Shown here piece after piece: positions 39,742 through 47,514 of a stretch of 64,000 nucleotides of DNA; the first letter of the stretch is position 1, and every line of letters starts with the position of its first letter. Both the position numbers and the translations under genes were made by a program. The DNA is taken from NCBI GenBank assembly GCA_963755825.1, contig CAVWLA010000001.1:258808-322807 (forward strand), in the 5' to 3' direction. The notes under the pieces were generated by a model, which was not told the DNA's origin, searched no databases, and saw nothing but the letters and a program-made list of their open reading frames with translations. The DNA is from an uncultured Acidobacteriota bacterium. Its GTDB lineage: Bacteria; Acidobacteriota; Thermoanaerobaculia; Multivoradales; UBA5704.

Positions 39742-41504
39742 CGAGGTCTCCCCGCCCGCGGCACCGGCACCGGCTCCGGCTCGGGCTCCCGGTGGCCGCT
39801 GCCTGCCTCCTCGCGGCGTCGACCCTGGCGCCGCGAGGCTGCGGCCCCACCGGCTCGCTCGCCGGCCTGCGCATCGAGGTCGCCTTCCCCGCCGCGCTCC
39901 GCGCCGCGCCGGCCGACGGCCGCGTGCTCCTCATCCTCTCCACCCGCGGCGGCGCCGAGCCGCGCACGCAGGTCGCCGAGAGCGCCGCGAGCGAGGAGGT
40001 CTTCGGCGTCGACGCCCACGCCCTGCGGCCGGGCGAGAGCGCGGTCTTCGACGCCGCGACCTTCGGCTACCCGCGCGCCAACCTGGCGGCGCTGCCGGCG
40101 GGCGACTACACCGTGCAGGCGGTCCTCGACCTCTACGACACCTTCCACCGCGGCGACGGCAAGACCGTCGAGCTGCACGCCGACCACGGCGAGGGGCAGA
40201 GCTGGAGCACCTCGCCGGGGAACCTCGTCTCGACGCCGGTCGAGCTCACCCTCGATCCGGCGCGGCAGCCGGTCGTCCGCATCGCTCTCGCGCAGGCGAT
40301 CCCGCCGATCGAGACGCCGGCCGACACCCGCTACGTGCGCCATTTCAAGATGGTCTCGCCGCTCCTCTCGCGCTTCTGGGGGCGGCCGGTCGAGCTCGGC
40401 GCCGTCGTCCTCCTCCCCGCCGGCTTCGACAGCCATCCGCAGGCGCGCTTTCCGGCGGTCTACTACTTCGGCCACTACGCGAACGACTTCGCGACGCCGG
40501 TGGGCTTTCTCGAGACCCGTCCCTCGTGGCTCGACGAGCAGGCGAGCGGCTCCTCGCTCGACGCCGCCTACCAGCTCTACCGCGACTGGCGCTCCGGCCG
40601 CCTGCCGCGCATGCTGGTGGTCTCGCTGCAGCACCCGAACCCCTATTACGACGACTCCTACGGCGTCGACTCGGCGAACCTCGGCCCCTACGGCGAGGCC
40701 ATCGTCCACGAGCTGATCCCGGCGATCGAGGCGCGCTTCCGCGGCATCGGCGAGCCCTGGGCGCGGGCGGTCTACGGCGACTCGACCGGCGGCTGGGCGG
40801 CGCTCGCCCAGCAGATCTTCTACCCCGACGAGTACAACGGCGTCTGGTCGCTCTGCCCCGACCCGGTCGACTTCCGCGCCTTCCAGACCACCGACCTCTA
40901 CGCCGACGCCAACGTCTACTGGAGCGACGCCGGAGGGCGCTCGCCGCGCCCCGACAGCCGCGACCTCGCCGGCGACGTCATCACCACGGTCGAGGGGCAG
41001 AACCGCTACGAGCGGGCCATCGGCAGCCACAACCGCTCGGGCGATCAGTTCGACGCCTGGGAGGCGGTCTACGGCCCGCTGGGCGACGACGGCTACCCGC
41101 TGCCGGCCTGGGACAAGACGACCGGCGCCATCGACCACCGGGTCGCCGCCTATTGGCGGGAGCACTACGACCTCAGCCACATCCTGGAGCGCGACTGGAA
41201 GACTCTCGGCCCCAAGCTCACGGGGAAGATCCACGTCACCGTCGGCGACAAGGACAGCTTCTTCCTCGACGGCGCCGTCCGCCTCCTCGACCGCTTCCTC
41301 GCCGGCACGCGGGAGGCCGGCCGCGGTCCCTTCTACGCCGGCAGCGTCGACTTCGGCCGCGACCAGCCGCACTGCTACACCGGCGGTCAGGGCGACGCCG
41401 CCGGCGAGCGCCTCTCGCTCAACCAGCGCCTGCTGCCGGCCATGCAGAGCCGCATGCTGGCGACGGCGCCGGCGGGGGCGGACGTGGCGAGCTGGCGCTA
41501 TTGA
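39738..41504 (+). CDS. Putative esterase-family alpha/beta hydrolase (esterase D/enterochelin-esterase-like) with N-terminal domain; start uncertain
   Basis: C-terminal region has VYGDSTGGWAAL (GxSxG nucleophile elbow) in the putative-esterase PF00756 context. The N-terminus is lipoprotein-like (LLAASTLAPRGC). No ATG is present; TTG 39738 or GTG ~39790 are candidate starts. Confidence 0.55.
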   Translation: MTRSPRPRHRHRLRLGLPVAAACLLAASTLAPRGCGPTGSLAGLRIEVAFPAALRAAPADGRVLLILSTRGGAEPRTQVAESAASEEVFGVDAHALRPGESAVFDAATFGYPRANLAALPAGDYTVQAVLDLYDTFHRGDGKTVELHADHGEGQSWSTSPGNLVSTPVELTLDPARQPVVRIALAQAIPPIETPADTRYVRHFKMVSPLLSRFWGRPVELGAVVLLPAGFDSHPQARFPAVYYFGHYANDFATPVGFLETRPSWLDEQASGSSLDAAYQLYRDWRSGRLPRMLVVSLQHPNPYYDDSYGVDSANLGPYGEAIVHELIPAIEARFRGIGEPWARAVYGDSTGGWAALAQQIFYPDEYNGVWSLCPDPVDFRAFQTTDLYADANVYWSDAGGRSPRPDSRDLAGDVITTVEGQNRYERAIGSHNRSGDQFDAWEAVYGPLGDDGYPLPAWDKTTGAIDHRVAAYWREHYDLSHILERDWKTLGPKLTGKIHVTVGDKDSFFLDGAVRLLDRFLAGTREAGRGPFYAGSVDFGRDQPHCYTGGQGDAAGERLSLNQRLLPAMQSRMLATAPAGADVASWRY

Positions 41505-41556
41505 CGGGACGCGCCGCCGGCCGGGCCGGCGCCGTTCACGATAGATTCATCGCCCC

Positions 41557-42045
41557 ATGAGCAGCGCCGCGCGCCGTCCGCCCCAACGCCCGCCGCCGCC
41601 CGCGCCGCCCCCGCGCGCCGATCGCCAGACGCGGTCGCTCAAGGCGCTCGCCGTCCTCGTCGCCTTCGTCATCGTCGCCGTCCTCTGGCAGACGGCGTCG
41701 ACCGCGCGCTGGCAGCCGGCGCAGGCGACGGTCGGCTCGGTCGAGTCGCAGGTGGCGCCGTTCGTCGACCTGCGGCGGTTCGGCATCCATTTCGGCCGCC
41801 AGCGCCACGAGTCGTTCACCTACCGCTATCGGGTCGGCGCGGCACATTTCGAGGGCCGCGAGGACGGGGCGCCCGCCGCCTCGCGGCTGGTCGTCTACTA
41901 CGACCCCGCCGAGCCCGGTCATTCGCAGGTCGGCCGCCCGAGCCTCGGCCCCGCCCTCGGCGCCTCGGCCGCCGCGCTCGCCCTCCTCGCGCTGGCTTTC
42001 TGGCTGGCGCGGCGAGGCCGTTTGCGGCGCGATCGATCCTCCTGA
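41557..42045 (+). CDS. Hypothetical membrane protein (two TM helices flanking a soluble domain; DUF3592-like topology)
   Basis: 162 aa with a Pro-rich N-terminus and hydrophobic helices LKALAVLVAFVIVAVLW and AAALALLALAFWLA. Confidence 0.4.
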   Translation: MSSAARRPPQRPPPPAPPPRADRQTRSLKALAVLVAFVIVAVLWQTASTARWQPAQATVGSVESQVAPFVDLRRFGIHFGRQRHESFTYRYRVGAAHFEGREDGAPAASRLVVYYDPAEPGHSQVGRPSLGPALGASAAALALLALAFWLARRGRLRRDRSS

Positions 42046-42076
42046 CGCGGGCGCTTGCTCTGCACGACACTCTTCC

Positions 42077-42240
42077 GTGCCGCTGCGGAGACGTCCCGCG
42101 GTCCCCGTGATGTCCAGAGGGTATCGTTCAGGACCTGGGACGTCTCGACACCCCCGCCCGCCGTAGTGAAGGTGTGTAGAGACGTCCCAGGTCCTGAACG
42201 ATATTGCGCGCAGGCCACGGAGACCGCGGGACGTCTCCGC
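42077..42240. repeat. Long imperfect nested inverted repeat (~66 nt arms, ~30 nt loop) built from four copies of a GAGACGTCCC/GGGACGTCTC 10-mer
   Basis: Outer arms gccgctgcggagacgtcccgcggtc (42077-42101) and gaccgcgggacgtctccgcagcggc (42216-42240) are perfect reverse complements. Inner arms tcgttcaggacctgggacgtc and gacgtcccaggtcctgaacga are likewise perfect. Confidence 0.75.
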
Positions 42241-42287
42241 AGCGGCCGACAGGTCCGCATCGGCGACGACGATCGACGGCTCGCCGC

Positions 42288-43943
42288 TCAGCCGAGGCGC
42301 GTCATGCGCTCGGCGATGAGGTGGTGGACGATCGGCCGCTCGCCGCCGAGGTGGAAGGAGCGCGCCACGTCGAGCACGTCCAAGTCGGTGACCGTCTGGC
42401 GCTCGTGCTGGCGCAGGTGCTCGAGCCAGGACTTGACGAGGAAGACCTCGACGTAGTGGTGCGGCGTCTCGGCGTCGGCGAAGAGCCCCCAGTCGAAGGC
42501 GCCGTCGCGCAGGCGGATGCGGCGCACCTCCTGCATCGCGGCGGCGAACTCGGCGGTGCGCTCGACGTCGACCGAGTACTGGACGGTGACCAGCACCGGC
42601 CCGCGCTCGGGCTCGAAGCCGTCGTGGATGATCGGCGCCGGGTTCTGCCGCGACGGAGCCAGGTTCAACCCTTCGCCGGAGAGCAGGTGGAAGCGGTAGG
42701 TGGCGGCGAGGCCGACGATCATGCCGACCGCCGAGAGGACGAGCGCCATGGGCACGCCGAGGTGGGTGCCGACGGCGCCCCAGAGGGCGCTGCCGAAGGT
42801 GAGGCCGCCGTAGAAGACCAGCATGTAGACGGAGAGCGCCCGCGCCCGCACCCACGCCGGCACCACGGTCTGCACCGCGACGTTGAGGCTGGAGAGGAGC
42901 GACAGCCAGGCGCCGCCGGCGAGGAGCATGGTCGCCATCAGCAGCCAGAAGTCCCGCACGTAGGCGAGCGAGACGGTGGCGCCGGCGAAGACGATGGTCG
43001 CCACCGCGACGACGAGGTCGCTCGAGCTCTTGCGCTGCCAGCGGGGCAGCGCGATGGCGCCGGCGACGGCGCCGACCCCCATGGCGCCGAGGAGCAGGCC
43101 GTAGCCGCCGGCGCCGCGGTTGAGGTCGTTCTTGGCGACGAGCGGCAGCAGGGCCCAGAGCGAGCTGCCGCAGAGGATGAAGACGGTGCCGCGGGCGATC
43201 ACCGCCAGCAGCTCGGGGGCATGGCGCACGTAGCGGACGCCGCTGCGCATGGCGCCGAGCACGCGCTCGGCGGGCAGCACCGTCTCCTCGCGGCGGCGCT
43301 TCCACCAGAAGAGCACGGCGACGACGCCGAGGAAGGAGACGCCGTTGAGCAGGAAGGTGGCGGCCGGGCCGGAGGCGGCGACGACGAGGCCGGCGAGCGC
43401 CGGGCCGGCGGCGCGCGCGATGTTGAACGACAGGCTGCCCAGGGAGACGGCGGCAGGGAGGTCCTCGCGCGGCACCAGCTCGGGGACGATCGCCTGCCAG
43501 GCCGGCCCGTTGAGCGCCGCGCCGAGGCCGAGAAGGAAGGTGAAGAAGAGGAGGACGCCGGGCGTCGCGAAGCCCGCGTGCGCGGCGATGCCGAGGCCCG
43601 CCGCCGCCACCGCCATCCACAGCTGGGTGACGATGAGGAGCCGCCGCCGGTCGACGACGTCGGCGATCGCTCCGGCGGGGAGCGAGAGGAGGAACATCGG
43701 CAGGCTGCTCGCCGCCTGCACCAGGGCGACGATGGCGGGCGACGGGGTGAGCGTCGCCATCATCCACGAGGCGCCGACGCTCTGGAACCAGGTGCCGACG
43801 TTGGAGGCCGTCTGGGCGATCCACAGCCAGAGGAAGACGCGCTCGGCGAGCGGCCGCCAGGGGGAGGGGGGGCGGGCGGCGGGCGCCGCCGCCGGCGGAG
43901 CCCCCGCGGCGGGGACCTCGCCGACGCTCGTCGCTCGCACCAT
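42288..43943 (-). CDS. MFS transporter (EntS/enterobactin-exporter-like) with ~110 aa cytoplasmic C-terminal extension
   Basis: 12 predicted TM helices with MFS motifs (AGAIADVVDRRRLL). The tail is DUF-like and hydrophilic. Confidence 0.8.
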   Translation of the reverse strand: MVRATSVGEVPAAGAPPAAAPAARPPSPWRPLAERVFLWLWIAQTASNVGTWFQSVGASWMMATLTPSPAIVALVQAASSLPMFLLSLPAGAIADVVDRRRLLIVTQLWMAVAAAGLGIAAHAGFATPGVLLFFTFLLGLGAALNGPAWQAIVPELVPREDLPAAVSLGSLSFNIARAAGPALAGLVVAASGPAATFLLNGVSFLGVVAVLFWWKRRREETVLPAERVLGAMRSGVRYVRHAPELLAVIARGTVFILCGSSLWALLPLVAKNDLNRGAGGYGLLLGAMGVGAVAGAIALPRWQRKSSSDLVVAVATIVFAGATVSLAYVRDFWLLMATMLLAGGAWLSLLSSLNVAVQTVVPAWVRARALSVYMLVFYGGLTFGSALWGAVGTHLGVPMALVLSAVGMIVGLAATYRFHLLSGEGLNLAPSRQNPAPIIHDGFEPERGPVLVTVQYSVDVERTAEFAAAMQEVRRIRLRDGAFDWGLFADAETPHHYVEVFLVKSWLEHLRQHERQTVTDLDVLDVARSFHLGGERPIVHHLIAERMTRLG

Positions 43944-43994
43944 GGCGGCGGAAGTCTACCTCGCGGGTGGAGGCCGCCAGGTGGTGCGCCGGCC

Positions 43995-45623
43995 TCAGCC
44001 GGGATCGGGGATCGACAGGATGCCGGCGCCGACCGCTCCCGCCGCCACGGCGAGCGCGTCGCGGTCGCCGCGCTCCATGGCCAGCTCGACCTCGAGGCTC
44101 TGGCGGTCGCGGCCGACGGTGGCGACGGCGACGATCTCGTCGCCCTTGCGGTAGACGACGGTGGCGTCGCGCGCCTCGAGCGAGCCGGACACCGCGGTGC
44201 GCTCCCAGGCCTTGCCGTGGCCGACGTAGGAGATCTGCACGTCGTAGTGCTGGCTCCAGAAGAACGGCGCGGCGGTGAACGCCTCGCGGCCGCCCAGCAT
44301 GCTCGCCGCCGCCGCCTGCCCCTGGCGCTCGGCGACCACCCAGTGCTCGACGCGGTGGCGCTCGCCGCTCCGCGCGTCGAGCCAGCTGGCGATGTCGCCG
44401 GCCGCGTAGACGCCATGGATCGCGGTCTCCAGGCGGGGATCGACGAGGACGCCGTTGTCAACCTCGAGGCCCGCCGCCTCGGCGAGCTCGACCCGCGGCT
44501 GGACGCCGATGCCGGCGACGACGAGGTCGGCTGGCAGCCGTAGGCCGTCCTCGAGCTCGACTGCCTCGGCGGTGATCCGCGCCGCCTTCGCCAGCAGCCG
44601 GAAGACGACGCCGTGCTCCTCGTGGAGGGCGCGGACGAAGTCGGCGAGCTCGCGGCCGAGGACGCGGCCGAGCGGCCGCTCGTCAGGGGCGACGACGGTC
44701 ACCTCGACGCCGCGGGCGCGCAGCGCCGCCGCCGCCTCGAGGCCGATGAAGCTGGCGCCGAGGACGACCGCCCGTTTCGCGGCTCCGGCAGCCGTGGCGG
44801 CCGCGGCGATGGCGCGGCTGTCGGCGAGCGAGCGGAGGAGATGGACGTGCGGCAGCTCGGCGCCGGGGACGTCCAGCCGGCGCGGCTCGGCGCCGGTGGC
44901 GAGGAGGAGGGCGCCGCGCGGGCCGAAGGGGAGCGTCCGCCCGTCGGCGAGGCGCACCGAGCGCGCCGTCAGGTCGATCGCCTCGACGCGCGTCCCCAGG
45001 ACCAGCTCGATCTTCTTCTCGGCATAGAAGTCGCGGCCGTGGAGCGGGATCCAGTCCTCCGGCGCGTTGCCCGCCAGGTAGTCCTTCGACAGGTTGGGGC
45101 GGTCGTAGGGGACCTCGTCCTCGCCACCGACGAGCTGCAGCGGCCCGCCGTACCCCCGGCGGCGGAGCGCCTCCGCGGCGGCGTTGCCGGCGCCGCCGGC
45201 GCCGACGATGACGACCGCCTCGGGCTCTGGGGCCGGGGTCGAGGCGGGCGCCGGGGCCGCGGCCGGAGTGAGCTTGCCCTCCACCCGCACGCGGTCGCCG
45301 TGGCGCTCGACGCGATAGCAGGCCAGCGGGTTGAGCGCCGGGGCGCGCAGCGCCTCGCCGCTCTCGAGGCTGAAGCAGGCATGGTGCCAAGGGCAGCGCA
45401 CGGTGCCGTCGACCACTAACCCTTCGGCGAGCGGGCCGCCGTAGTGGGTGCAGTGGGCGCCGACGGCGAAGGCGTCCTCGCCGCGGCGGACGAGGATCGC
45501 CGCCTCGCCGTCGACGTGGCCGAGAAGAGGCGTCCCCTCCGCGAGGTCGTCCCAGGCGACCCCCGCCTGCAGATCCGGTCCGTCGAGCTTCTGTTCACCG
45601 CTCATCCCTGGCTCCTCTCTCAA
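43995..45623 (-). CDS. Rieske [2Fe-2S] ferredoxin domain fused to FAD/NAD(P)H-dependent ferredoxin-reductase-like oxidoreductase
   Basis: N-terminal Rieske ligands CTHYGGPL...CPWHHACF. This is followed by VVIVGAGGAGNAAAE (FAD GxGxxG), VVLGASFIGLEAAAAL (NAD GxGxxG) and a C-terminal dimerisation domain. Confidence 0.75.
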   Translation of the reverse strand: MREEPGMSGEQKLDGPDLQAGVAWDDLAEGTPLLGHVDGEAAILVRRGEDAFAVGAHCTHYGGPLAEGLVVDGTVRCPWHHACFSLESGEALRAPALNPLACYRVERHGDRVRVEGKLTPAAAPAPASTPAPEPEAVVIVGAGGAGNAAAEALRRRGYGGPLQLVGGEDEVPYDRPNLSKDYLAGNAPEDWIPLHGRDFYAEKKIELVLGTRVEAIDLTARSVRLADGRTLPFGPRGALLLATGAEPRRLDVPGAELPHVHLLRSLADSRAIAAAATAAGAAKRAVVLGASFIGLEAAAALRARGVEVTVVAPDERPLGRVLGRELADFVRALHEEHGVVFRLLAKAARITAEAVELEDGLRLPADLVVAGIGVQPRVELAEAAGLEVDNGVLVDPRLETAIHGVYAAGDIASWLDARSGERHRVEHWVVAERQGQAAAASMLGGREAFTAAPFFWSQHYDVQISYVGHGKAWERTAVSGSLEARDATVVYRKGDEIVAVATVGRDRQSLEVELAMERGDRDALAVAAGAVGAGILSIPDPG

Positions 45624-45725
45624 GATACGGCGCGCGAACCGCCCTGCCTACAGCAGGACCGGTGCCACCTTCGCCATCGCGAAGGGGCTTGACGGCGATG
45701 CTAACCTGACCTCGCGTCCTCGGCG

Positions 45726-46016
45726 ATGCCCGATGCGAGGACGGACCCGGAGGAGATCATGGCGACCTGTGCCCACACCGATCAGATCCGCGACGTCACC
45801 CCCTCGACCGACCGCGGTTGCGAGGACTGCCTGAAGACCGGCGACAGCTGGGTCCACCTGCGGCTGTGCATGACCTGCGGCCACGTCGGCTGCTGCGACT
45901 CGTCGAAGAACCGGCACGCGACGAAGCACTTCCACCACACCCAGCACGCCATCATGCGCTCCTTCGAGCCGGGCGAGGACTGGAGCTGGTGCTACATCGA
46001 CCAGGTCATGCTGTGA
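45726..46016 (+). CDS. UBP-type zinc-finger (zf-UBP) domain protein
   Basis: CEDCLKTGDSWVHLRLCMTCGHVGCCDSSKNRHATKHFHHTQHAI matches the zf-UBP (PF02148) Cys/His pattern. An alternative start is at MATCAHTD (45759). Confidence 0.6.
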   Translation: MPDARTDPEEIMATCAHTDQIRDVTPSTDRGCEDCLKTGDSWVHLRLCMTCGHVGCCDSSKNRHATKHFHHTQHAIMRSFEPGEDWSWCYIDQVML

Positions 46017-47476
46017 CCGGCCCGGAGCGGCCGCGGCTGGAGGAGCTGCGCGGCATCGAGGTGCTCGCCGACCTCGCCCCCGAGGAGCTCGCCTGGGTGG
46101 CCGAGCACTCGGAGGTGGTGACGGTGGCGCCGGGCGAGGTCGTGCTCGCCGAGGGGTCGCCCGCCGACACCCTCTTCATGCTCCTCTCCGGGGTGATCGA
46201 GGGGCGGCGGGAGAAGGGGCCGGCGGACGGGCGGTTCTTCTCCGTGCACGCCGGCGAGGTCTCCGGCATGCTGCCGTTCTCGCGCATGAAGGAGTTCACG
46301 GTGACCGGCCGCGCCCTGGTCGAGAGCCGCGTCGCGCGCCTCGCGGCGGCGCTCTTCCCGCAGCTCCTGGCGCGCATTCCCCAGCTCGAGCCGCGGCTCG
46401 TCGGGGTGCTCACCGACCGGGTGCGCGAGACCACCCGCAACGACGAGCAGCGCGAGAAGCTGATGGCGCTGGGCAAGCTCTCGGCGGGGCTCGCCCACGA
46501 GCTCAACAACCCCGCCGCCGCGGCGCGCCGTGCCGCCGCCGACCTGCGCGAGCGCCTGGGCTCGATGCGGCGGGCCGCCGCCGAGCTCGCCGCGCGGGGC
46601 CTGACCAACGAGGACCGCGCGGTGCTCTGCGAGCTCGCCGACGCCGTCGAGACGGCGCGCGCGGCCGGCGCCGCGCAGGCGTCGAAGACGCCGCCCTCGC
46701 CGATGGAGGAGGCCGACCGCGAGAGCGCCATCGGCGACTGGCTTGACGAGCGCGGCATTGCCGACGGTTGGCGCCTCGCCGCGACCTTCGCCGGCGCCGG
46801 CCTCTCTCCTGAAGACCTGGCGCGCCTGGCGGCGCGGCTGCCGGAACCGGCATGGGCGGCGGCGCTGGGCTGGCTCGAGGCCGGCCTCGCCGCCTCCTCG
46901 CTGGTCGCCGACATCGAGAGCACCTCGCGCCGCATCTCGGAGCTGGTCGGCGCGGTCAAGAGCTACTCCCACATGGACCGCGGCTCCGGCAAGGTGGCGA
47001 TCGAGCTGGCCTGCGAGATCGAGAGCACCATCACCATGCTCTCCTACAAGATCCGCAAGAAGGGAATCGCCCTCACCCGCGACCACGACCCGGCGATGCC
47101 GGAGATCCAGGCCTACGCCGGCGAGCTCAACCAGGTGTGGACGAACCTCCTCGACAACGCCATCGACGCGGTGCACGAGGGCGGCCGGGTGACGATCACG
47201 ACGCGGCGGGTCAACCACTGGGCGGTGGTCGAGATCCGCGACGACGGGCCGGGCATCCCGCCAGACGTCCAGGGGCGCATCTGGGATCCCTTCTTCACCA
47301 CCAAGCCGCTGGGCCAGGGGACCGGCCTGGGGCTCGACATCGCGCGCCGCATCGTCGTCCAGCGCCACGGCGGCGAGCTGGCCCTCGAGTCGGTCCCCGG
47401 CGACACCCGCTTCATCGTCCGCCTGCCGCTCGCCGACGGCGCGGACGCCGCCGCTGCCCCTGAGCCGCATTCCTGA
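46013..47476 (+). CDS. Sensor histidine kinase with N-terminal cyclic-nucleotide-binding (cNMP/CAP effector) domain
   Basis: GTG start at 46013-46015 overlapping the upstream stop (GTGA). The cNMP-binding domain spans VLADLAPEELAWV...GEVVLAEGSPADTLFMLLSGVIEG and carries no TM helices. HisKA H-box LAHELNNPAAA. HATPase_c N/G1/G2 boxes (NLLDNAIDA, DDGPGIP, GTGLGL). Confidence 0.8.
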   Translation: MTGPERPRLEELRGIEVLADLAPEELAWVAEHSEVVTVAPGEVVLAEGSPADTLFMLLSGVIEGRREKGPADGRFFSVHAGEVSGMLPFSRMKEFTVTGRALVESRVARLAAALFPQLLARIPQLEPRLVGVLTDRVRETTRNDEQREKLMALGKLSAGLAHELNNPAAAARRAAADLRERLGSMRRAAAELAARGLTNEDRAVLCELADAVETARAAGAAQASKTPPSPMEEADRESAIGDWLDERGIADGWRLAATFAGAGLSPEDLARLAARLPEPAWAAALGWLEAGLAASSLVADIESTSRRISELVGAVKSYSHMDRGSGKVAIELACEIESTITMLSYKIRKKGIALTRDHDPAMPEIQAYAGELNQVWTNLLDNAIDAVHEGGRVTITTRRVNHWAVVEIRDDGPGIPPDVQGRIWDPFFTTKPLGQGTGLGLDIARRIVVQRHGGELALESVPGDTRFIVRLPLADGADAAAAPEPHS

Positions 47477-47514
47477 CGCACCACCCGAGACCCCGAGAGC
47501 GCGCGAACCGACCG

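Noticed and set aside
36594-44543. Antisense ORFs of 500-800 aa (36594-38978 -, 37316-39454 +, 39606-41372 -, 41536-43824 -, 42204-44543 +)
   Set aside because: Same GC artefact. They overlap the ADOP permease, esterase, MFS and Rieske-reductase genes, which carry clear motifs.
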